DNA of 64,000 bases from Thermoanaerobaculia bacterium (lineage in GTDB: Bacteria > Acidobacteriota > Thermoanaerobaculia > Multivoradales > UBA5704): positions 1 through 64,000 of the forward strand of contig JBGAGQ010000004.1 of the NCBI GenBank assembly GCA_044226625.1, in the 5' to 3' direction. Shown here in pieces: positions 57,135 to 64,000 of this stretch (its first letter is position 1; the number at the start of each line of letters is the position of its first letter). The notes beneath the pieces are model-generated. The model worked only from the letters and a program-made list of their open reading frames with translations. It was not told the origin of the DNA and ran no database searches. A program made the position numbers and the translations under genes.

Positions 57135-60100
57135 CGACGCGCGCCCCGAGAAGGCACCCGAGCAACGAGCGCCCGGTAGAGAACCGGCACCAGGAGGAGC
57201 GAAGCGAAGATCGAGGTGAACGTGCCGCCGAGGACGGCGAGGGCGAGCGAGCGCCGCAGCTCGACGCCCGGCCCGCCGAGCAGGGCGAGCGGCAGCATAC
57301 CCGCCAAGGTGCAGATCGTCGTCATCGCGATCGGCCGATAGCGCTCGGCCGCGGCGCGGCGGATCGCGGCGGTCGTCCGTTCGATCCGCGTGCTGGGTGC
57401 CGAGTCGGACACCGATGCGGCAGCCGAGATGCGCCGATGCTCCTCGATGCGATGGACCAGGACGATCGCATTGTTGGCGACGATTCCGCCGAGCAGGATC
57501 AACCCGAGGAAAGAGAGAACGTTCAGGCTCTGCCCGAAAAGGGCCAAGACGCCCAACGCGCCGCCGATCGCGATCGGCACGGTCACCAGGACCACGAGCG
57601 GCAGGCGGAACGATTCAAACAGGGCGGCCACCGCGAGGAAGACCAGGGCAAGCGAGAGCAGCAGCGCGAGCCGGAGCTGACCGAACGCCTCGCGCAGCTC
57701 GCGCGCCTGGCCCGTCCATTCGACGTCCTCGCCCGCGGCGCGGCGTGCCACCCGCTTCAAGCGCGCGAGCGCATTCTCCGGATCGCCACGCAGTGTGGCG
57801 AACGCCCGTCGGGCCGCCGGCCGGCCGGCCTGTCGTTCCAGGACCTCGGGGCGAGCTCCCGGAACGATCCGCGCGAGAGCGGAGAGCGGCACCACCTCGC
57901 CCGGAAGACCCCCCGATTGGCTCGGCAGCCGCACCGGAAGGAGCCCCGGACCGGACGACTCGACCGGCTCGGCGGCGCGCACCAGGATCTCCGGCTCGAT
58001 GCCGGGAAGGCTCACCCGACCGGCCTCCTGCTCGGTAAGCCCTTCCCGCACCTCCTGCTCGACCTCCGATCGCTCGACGCCGAGCGCCCCGAGCCGGGCG
58101 AGATCCCATTGGAGCAGCCAAGCGCCCCGAGGGCCACCGTTCGGAGCTCCGCCGCGCCTCCCGGCCGAAGACGCGCCGAGCACGTCGAGCTCCTTTTCGG
58201 CGCGCGCAGCCAGCGCCTCGGCCCGCTCGGGCGTTGGCGCGGTCGCGACCATTTCGAGCCGCCGGCCGGAGCTGCGGATCGCGTCGACGAATGCGCTCGG
58301 TCGCGGCTCGATCCAGCTTTCGACCCCCGGGAGCTTTCCGAGCTCCGAGCGCAGGCTCTGTCGCGCCCGGTCGGCGTCGCGCTGCCGGGCGAAGGAAAGA
58401 ACCACGCGCCCCGTCTCCTCCCGGTCCTCCCCCGGCTCGGGGGGAGGGAGCTGAAGCGCGGTTCGCTCCCGCGCGCCGAGGCCCTCCACGGCTCGGGCGA
58501 CGGCGTCGTCGACCGAGAGGCCCAGCCGCCGCGCCACCTCGGGCGCGAGCTCGGACGGCAAGCGGAACCGCACCACGAGATCGGACGTTCCCGCCTCGGG
58601 CACCAGCTCGCGCGGCAGGACGGACCACGCCGCCGCCGCGAGCGCCGTGACGGCGAGCGCTCCGGCCACCACCGGAAGCGGCCGGGCGAGAACCCGATCG
58701 AGAAGGGCCAGATATCGCGCGCGGCCGAGATGTCGACCGGCGGGCTCGGCGAGCCCTCGGCCACGCCGGCCAGCCAGCACGGGCGTCAGGGTAAGCGAAA
58801 ACAGAAGAGAGGCCGCGAGCGAGGCGACGATCGCGAACGCCTGAACTCCGAAGAAGGCGCGGGCGAGCCCGCGCAGGTAGACCAGCGGCAGGAAGACCAC
58901 CGCCGTGGCGCAGAAGCTCGCGATCACCGGCGGCGCGATCTGAATCGCCCCGGACAGAGCGGGCGTCGCGACGCCTTCCGAGCGGGCGGTCTCGATCGCT
59001 TCGAGCACGACGATCGAGCTGTCGACCAGAAGCCCCGCGGCGAGCGCGAGGCCGGCCAGCGAGACGACGTCGAGCGCCGACCCCGCGATCGTAAAACCGA
59101 CGAACGCCGCGAGCAGCGAAGCCGGAACGACAACGATCAAGCCGAGCGTAGGCCGCCAGGCGCCGAGGACGAGCCGGAGCACGGCCGTGCCGAGCAGCAG
59201 GCCGAACAGCGCGCCGAGCCCGAGCTCCCTAAGGGCGCCCATCACCTCGCCGCTCCGGTCCGAGACGACGGCGAGGTGGACGCCGGACGCTTCTCGGGAG
59301 GAGAGATCTGCGGTCCGGGTCCGGACCGCGCGGGCGAGCGTCACGGCGTTCGCCTCGGGCGCGCGAAACACCCGCACCAGCGCGCCGTCCCGTCCATCGA
59401 AGCGGAAGAAGGTGCCATCGGTGACCTCTTCCAGGTGGACTCGGGCGACGTCGCCGAGCACACTCTCCCCGCGCGGTCCGGCGATCCGTAACGCTCGGAG
59501 CGCGTCGAGCGTCGACGCTTCGTCGCGCACCAGCAGCGGCCGGACCGATGCGCCGGAGCGCGCCCGGCCGGCCGAGACGTCGACCCCGACCGTGCGCAGG
59601 CGGGCGAGCAGATCGGCCGGGACGAGACCGCGCGCGGCGAGCGCCGCGCCGCGCGGGCGGACTACGGCGTGGCGCGGCAGGAGCCCCACCGTTTCAACCC
59701 GTCCCACCCCCTCGATCCGCGCGAGCTCCGGCACCAGGAGCTTCCGCGCGTACGCACTACGCGCCGCCCCCGACTCGCCGCCCAGGACCGCCACCTCGAC
59801 GATCGGCTCAGCGTCGCCCGCGGTCATCTCGATCGAGACCGTCGCCTCGTCCGACGCGGCGCCTTCGAGATCGGCGAGGCGCCGCTCGGCCTCGATCCGC
59901 ATCCGGTCGGCGTCGGCTTGCCACTCCCCCAGGACCCGGGCGCGGACGAAGCCGTCGCCGGTCGCGGTTCGCACCGTCGAAACCCCCGACATTGAGGCGA
60001 GGCGCCGTTCGAGCGGCCGGGCGTAGCGGTCGAGCATCTCGTCGCGCGAGCGCCCCGCCGCCTCGATCTCGACCTCCAACCGCGGCCGTTCGAGCGCGGG

Positions 60101-60205
60101 CAAGAGGGAGACCGGCAGCCGCAACAACGAGACCGCACCGAGCACCACCAGCGCGGTGGCGCCGATCAATGTCGATACGGGCCTCTCGTAGGCGCGTCGG
60201 ATCAC
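57131..60205 (-). CDS. RND efflux permease (AcrB/AcrD/AcrF family)
   Basis: RLPVSLLP, PLERRL, GLLVDSSIVVLE, LFESFRLP, GIVANNAIVLV, RYRPIAMTT. Confidence 0.92.
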   Translation of the reverse strand: MIRRAYERPVSTLIGATALVVLGAVSLLRLPVSLLPALERPRLEVEIEAAGRSRDEMLDRYARPLERRLASMSGVSTVRTATGDGFVRARVLGEWQADADRMRIEAERRLADLEGAASDEATVSIEMTAGDAEPIVEVAVLGGESGAARSAYARKLLVPELARIEGVGRVETVGLLPRHAVVRPRGAALAARGLVPADLLARLRTVGVDVSAGRARSGASVRPLLVRDEASTLDALRALRIAGPRGESVLGDVARVHLEEVTDGTFFRFDGRDGALVRVFRAPEANAVTLARAVRTRTADLSSREASGVHLAVVSDRSGEVMGALRELGLGALFGLLLGTAVLRLVLGAWRPTLGLIVVVPASLLAAFVGFTIAGSALDVVSLAGLALAAGLLVDSSIVVLEAIETARSEGVATPALSGAIQIAPPVIASFCATAVVFLPLVYLRGLARAFFGVQAFAIVASLAASLLFSLTLTPVLAGRRGRGLAEPAGRHLGRARYLALLDRVLARPLPVVAGALAVTALAAAAWSVLPRELVPEAGTSDLVVRFRLPSELAPEVARRLGLSVDDAVARAVEGLGARERTALQLPPPEPGEDREETGRVVLSFARQRDADRARQSLRSELGKLPGVESWIEPRPSAFVDAIRSSGRRLEMVATAPTPERAEALAARAEKELDVLGASSAGRRGGAPNGGPRGAWLLQWDLARLGALGVERSEVEQEVREGLTEQEAGRVSLPGIEPEILVRAAEPVESSGPGLLPVRLPSQSGGLPGEVVPLSALARIVPGARPEVLERQAGRPAARRAFATLRGDPENALARLKRVARRAAGEDVEWTGQARELREAFGQLRLALLLSLALVFLAVAALFESFRLPLVVLVTVPIAIGGALGVLALFGQSLNVLSFLGLILLGGIVANNAIVLVHRIEEHRRISAAASVSDSAPSTRIERTTAAIRRAAAERYRPIAMTTICTLAGMLPLALLGGPGVELRRSLALAVLGGTFTSIFASLLLVPVLYRALVARVPSRGARR

Positions 60206-61350
60206 GGCGTCGGCTCTTTCGCCGTGCTCTCGGCGTCCTTCGGGCTGTCCGGGTTCTCCCGACTCGGCTCAGGCGTGGCGACGGCGGCCAGCGCATCCCC
60301 TTCCGCGAGCAAGGCGGCACCCGCGACCACGACCCGGTCGCCTGGCGAAAGGCCGCGCAGGATCTCCACCCGTCCGCCGCCGCGTGCGCCCGTTTCGACC
60401 GCCTGGCGGTGGGCGATGAGGCGCCCACGGGCCCTTTCGGCGACGAACAACGCACCCCCACCTTCCGCCAGCACCAGGGCCTCTTCGGGGACCGTGAGCG
60501 CTTGGTCGTGCCGGTCGAGCAAGACGCGGATCTCCACCCCTTCTCCCGGCGCCGGCAGACCCGTCGGGTTTTCCACTCCGATTACCAGGGCGACGGTTCC
60601 GCCGGCGTCGACCATCGGCGCCACCTCGAGCACGCGGCCCGAGCCGGTTTCCTCCTTTCCCGATCCGCTCAAAAAGCGCACGGCGAGCCCCGGATGCAAG
60701 CGGTCGCGATCGGCCGCCGCCGCGCGCCCCTCGACGCGTAACGCGCCGTCGGCGGCGACGCGCCCGAGGACGCTTCCCGCGGCGACCTCCGATCCCGGCA
60801 CGATGGGTTCCGAAATCACGAGGCGACCGGACAGCGGAGCCGTGAGCGACAGGCGACCGAGCCGGTTTTCCGCAGCGGCGAGGCGACCTCGGGCGAGATC
60901 GAGCTCAGCTTTGTAGGCGGCGAGCGTCACCGCCGGCTCGACCCCAGCATCGAAGGCCCGCTGGTGGCGCGCCACTTCCGACTCGGCGCCCCGAACCTTG
61001 AGGCGTGCCTCGGCGAGATCCGCCTCGACATCGCCGAGCGAAATGCGGGCGAGCACCTCCCCCTTCCTCACCTCAGCCCCGGTTGCCAGCCCGCCGGCGA
61101 ATCGCCCTGGATACGACAGCCGGCCGGCCAGGGGCACCGTCACCTCGGCCATCCCCCCCGGCCTCACCACACCGAGCAGCGAAAGTTCCGGCTCGAAGGT
61201 CGTGCGTCGGGCGACCTCCAACCTCACCGGAGCCGGCGGCGCCTCCTCGGAAGGTGGCGCGGGAGCCCGGCCGCAGGCGGCGAGGAGGATCAGCGCACAG
61301 AATCCGAGGGCACCAACGCGGGGGCGGGTTTTCATCGCAATCTCCGTCAT
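60202..61350 (-). CDS. RND periplasmic adaptor (membrane fusion protein), lipoprotein
   Basis: Lipobox LLAAC; VRKGEVLARI, LTAPLSG, VPEEAL, GLSPGDRVV; start 61350 overlaps (ATGA) the upstream stop. Confidence 0.9.
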   Translation of the reverse strand: MTEIAMKTRPRVGALGFCALILLAACGRAPAPPSEEAPPAPVRLEVARRTTFEPELSLLGVVRPGGMAEVTVPLAGRLSYPGRFAGGLATGAEVRKGEVLARISLGDVEADLAEARLKVRGAESEVARHQRAFDAGVEPAVTLAAYKAELDLARGRLAAAENRLGRLSLTAPLSGRLVISEPIVPGSEVAAGSVLGRVAADGALRVEGRAAAADRDRLHPGLAVRFLSGSGKEETGSGRVLEVAPMVDAGGTVALVIGVENPTGLPAPGEGVEIRVLLDRHDQALTVPEEALVLAEGGGALFVAERARGRLIAHRQAVETGARGGGRVEILRGLSPGDRVVVAGAALLAEGDALAAVATPEPSRENPDSPKDAESTAKEPTP

Positions 61351-62042
61351 GACACGAGGGTCTCCGGCCGGCGCAAGCGACGGCGGGCGTAGAGGAAGAA
61401 GATCGAAGCGGCACCGAGGAGCACGATCGAATCGCCGAGAAAGGCGAGCGATTCCTCCCCGCCGGCGACCCAACCGTTCCAGACCGCGAAATGCCGGTCG
61501 GGGATCGGGTTCGAGAAGAACCAACGCGAGAAGGCGAGCACCGTCCCCATCGACGCGAGCCAGACCGCCCCGCCGCTCTTCGTGCGCACCGCCCAGAACA
61601 GCGCCACCGCGGCGAGGAACAACGAGACGATCGCGACCTTGACGAGCGCCGGCAGGAGCGGGAAACCGGTTCCCCCTTCGAACAGCCAGTCGAGCCCCAG
61701 AAGCAGCCATCCCTGGGCGCAGAGCACACTGGCCACCGCCGCCGCCCGACGAAGGAAGTACGCCTCAGCCGCCGGGGTGGTGAGCGCGAGATCGAGGCAG
61801 CCGGCCCGCCGCTCGACCTCGACGATGCCGGACAGCGCCGGCAGACCGAGCAGCAGGAACGGCGGCAGGACGACCCCCGACCAGACCGCCGCCGGCTCGT
61901 CCCCGTCGCCAAGCAACATCGACAGGAGCGCGGCCAGGATCACCAAACCATCGACCACCGCAAAGAGGACGAGACGGCGGCCGAGCAGCAGCTCGAGCGA
62001 CGACCGAAAACTCGCGAATCGGCTTCTCAATTGGCGCCGCAT
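61347..62042 (-). CDS. ABC-2-type membrane permease
   Basis: About six TM segments; ERRAGCLDLALTTP resembles the ABC-2 'ERxxGTLExLLxTP' coupling motif. Confidence 0.75.
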   Translation of the reverse strand: MRRQLRSRFASFRSSLELLLGRRLVLFAVVDGLVILAALLSMLLGDGDEPAAVWSGVVLPPFLLLGLPALSGIVEVERRAGCLDLALTTPAAEAYFLRRAAAVASVLCAQGWLLLGLDWLFEGGTGFPLLPALVKVAIVSLFLAAVALFWAVRTKSGGAVWLASMGTVLAFSRWFFSNPIPDRHFAVWNGWVAGGEESLAFLGDSIVLLGAASIFFLYARRRLRRPETLVS

Positions 62043-64000
62043 CTAACGCACTCCGTTGAAATAGACCCGGTCGCGCGGCACGCCCTTCCGGACCAGGCGA
62101 TGGCATTCCTGATCGGGATCGAGGAAGACCCCTTGCGGCCTGTGGCTGGAGGTGAACGCGAACGACGCGCGGGTGCCCGTCTCGGTCCGCACCTCGGTTT
62201 CCGCCGGCCCGAGATCGGTCGTGAGCACGAGGCGACAGATCGACTCGCCGTCACCCAGATTGTGGACCTGCCCGGTAACGCGCCAACCGCCCCCAGCCGG
62301 CTGGAGGACCACCTCTTCGAGCACCAGCTCGGGAAGACGGCCGGCGACGAAGAAATCGCGGATCATCGGCCGGACGTCGCGCTCGCTCCGGCGCTCCAGA
62401 ATCGCCGCCAGCTCGGCGAATCTCGCCGGGGTTTCGGCGTGGGCGGGTCCCGGCGCGAGCAGCTCCTCGATCGAGGCGCGAAGCGCCTCGGCTCCAGCTC
62501 GCCGGCCGAGCGCCGAAACCAGGGCTGGGAAGCGGTCCTGCCAATACGAGTAGTTCTTCGGATCGAGGGCTGCGTCGTGGACCGCGTCCATCCGCCCGAG
62601 GGGTAGAGGCCCCACGACGGCGCCGGAAGGCGATCCCAACCCGAGACGCTCGAGCACCAGGGTCCGTAGGAGCTGGCGGAAAAACAGCGACTCCTCCGGT
62701 GCGAACCGTCGCCGCCGCAGCAGGCGCGAAGTGACGATCTCCGCCGCCAAACGCTCCGGCGGCAGAGGCTCCGTTCCGATCAGGTCCACCTCTCGGACGA
62801 AGGCAAGGTTGCCCGCGACCCCGATCCACGAATCGTAAGGATCGCGCCAGCGATTGGTGAGCAGGCTCTGATGGTTCCTTTCATGGACCCCCTCGTCGGG
62901 CCATTCGAGGAGGATCAAGCCACCTCGACCCGTGGCTTCGCGCGAGCCGCCCCCGGGCCACGCCTCTTCCATTCGCTGCGCGCTGCCGGCGAGCGAGCCG
63001 AGATGGAGCTCCCCCGGCGCCCGATGGGCCGGGAACACGGCGACCGCGATTCCGCTCCCGGCCGGTCGCGAACCCGCTGCATCCGACAACAGGCGCTGCC
63101 GCCCACCACGAACCGTAAGCTCGGCGAGTGGGAGCGTGCAGGCGCTTTCGAGCCGCCCGTCGCGACCGCCTTGCTCGGAGCTGCGCCCTTCCGGATCGGC
63201 GAGGCCGCCACAGCTGTCCGCGACGAGCAGGCCGCGCGGCACCCCGAGCGATACCGACAGCCGCGTGGCGGGGAAGAAGACCTCCGGCGGAGGGTTTCCG
63301 TCGGCGTCCGGCGCGAAGCTCGAATAGCGCGGAACGGGAGTGAGAGCCTCGGCCGGAAGATCGATCCTCACGCCGGAGACCGCGGGAACCTCGTAGCTCC
63401 AGGAGAGATCGTAGCGATCGTGCCCGAGGCGGACTTTCCGGTTCCGGTCGAAAGCGTGCGCGAACGAGGCGAGATCTCCCCCCTGCCAGGGAGGAAGGTT
63501 GAACTTTGGCGCCCCGGGGCGCCCCTGGATCTCGAACCGCAGCTCGCGGGAACCCCCGGGCGGAATCGGCGGATCGACCTCCGCTTCGAGCCGGTCCCAG
63601 GACCGCCGCAGCCGCACCGTCCCCCGGTCCGCCGAAGCCGCCCGCACGGCGACCTCGGGGTTCAGCGAAAGCGCGAGACGCCGCTCGGGCTTTCGGCCGT
63701 CGTTCCTGAGCACGCCGCGGACGGACACCTCCATCCACCCCTGCCGGCCGAACGCCCCCTCGATCCGCCAGCTCTCCGGCGCGAGCGTCACCGCGGTGGG
63801 CGCCGGCCAGGCGGAGGTCTCGGTCCGATAGCGCCGCGCACCGAGCGCGTCGTAGCCGAGCCAGCGCTCCGTTTCGAGCGCGACGGCCCCGGCCGCGAGG
63901 GCAAGGGCCAAACCGAGCAGGGTGAGGTCCGCCGGTCCTGGCGCCGGGTCGGGCGTATACCGCTCGCGCAGCCGGCCGAACGAGACGAGGAAATTGCGCA
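62043..64000 (-). CDS. Membrane-anchored M1-aminopeptidase-like protein lacking HExxH, partial (probably an ABC-permease fusion; runs off the right edge)
   Basis: Frame is open to the window end. TM segment, then M1-like beta domains (LSLNPEVAV, RELRFEIQG) and C-terminal FLDPDQ; the zinc-motif position reads LAAEIVTS. Confidence 0.65.
   Translation of the reverse strand, partial: RNFLVSFGRLRERYTPDPAPGPADLTLLGLALALAAGAVALETERWLGYDALGARRYRTETSAWPAPTAVTLAPESWRIEGAFGRQGWMEVSVRGVLRNDGRKPERRLALSLNPEVAVRAASADRGTVRLRRSWDRLEAEVDPPIPPGGSRELRFEIQGRPGAPKFNLPPWQGGDLASFAHAFDRNRKVRLGHDRYDLSWSYEVPAVSGVRIDLPAEALTPVPRYSSFAPDADGNPPPEVFFPATRLSVSLGVPRGLLVADSCGGLADPEGRSSEQGGRDGRLESACTLPLAELTVRGGRQRLLSDAAGSRPAGSGIAVAVFPAHRAPGELHLGSLAGSAQRMEEAWPGGGSREATGRGGLILLEWPDEGVHERNHQSLLTNRWRDPYDSWIGVAGNLAFVREVDLIGTEPLPPERLAAEIVTSRLLRRRRFAPEESLFFRQLLRTLVLERLGLGSPSGAVVGPLPLGRMDAVHDAALDPKNYSYWQDRFPALVSALGRRAGAEALRASIEELLAPGPAHAETPARFAELAAILERRSERDVRPMIRDFFVAGRLPELVLEEVVLQPAGGGWRVTGQVHNLGDGESICRLVLTTDLGPAETEVRTETGTRASFAFTSSHRPQGVFLDPDQECHRLVRKGVPRDRVYFNGVR

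Noticed and set aside
11536-61658. Many long antisense or alternative-frame ORFs (e.g. 11536..13305 +, 18080..19894 +, 49883..52369 +, 57437..59491 +)
   Set aside because: They lie opposite well-supported genes, lack motifs and reflect stop-codon scarcity in high-GC DNA.
1-64000. tRNA, rRNA, CRISPR arrays and IS elements
   Set aside because: None recognised by eye; intergenic regions are short and show no regular repeat-spacer periodicity or terminal inverted repeats.

Overview
High-GC bacterial chromosomal segment. Gene content suggests Acidobacteriota (Thermoanaerobaculia-like), which is an inference. Left to right: (i) a signalling island (0.2-11.4 kb) with an ECF sigma/Ser-Thr kinase-TPR pair, a gingipain(C25)-like protease, a lipoprotein TPR-CHAT protease, a membrane-anchored anti-sigma-like protein, an atypical sigma-like protein and two secreted beta-sandwich-like proteins. 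(ii) A compact candidate RiPP locus (11.5-17.3 kb): two 6-Cys double-glycine precursor peptides, one missing from the ORF track, flank a PRMT-like (arginine) methyltransferase with an N-terminal RRE-like domain. They are divergent from a SyrP/TauD dioxygenase, a PvdE/SyrD-type peptide exporter and an IPNS-like oxygenase, with no lanthionine synthetase or NRPS in the window. (iii) pstSCAB with a clear Pho box. (iv) An AT-richer two-gene insert. (v) Housekeeping genes: hslO, larC, radC, speB, thiolase, ampD, a SigK/RskA-like pair, a two-component system, a deoxyhypusine-synthase-like gene, a frameshifted TPR gene, and ffh-rpsP-khpA-rimM-trmD-rplS-rnhB. (vi) A 1305-aa putative beta-pore-former with a C-terminal His/Cys protease-like domain. 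(vii) A hybrid export operon in which a degenerate RND permease is fused to an intact ABC ATPase, next to a second RND, an MFP, an ABC-2 permease and a catalytically dead M1-peptidase-like protein. The best candidates for undescribed systems are the PRMT-RiPP locus, the RND-ABC hybrid exporter and the CHAT/sigma proteolytic cascade. No rRNA, tRNA, CRISPR array or transposase was recognised.
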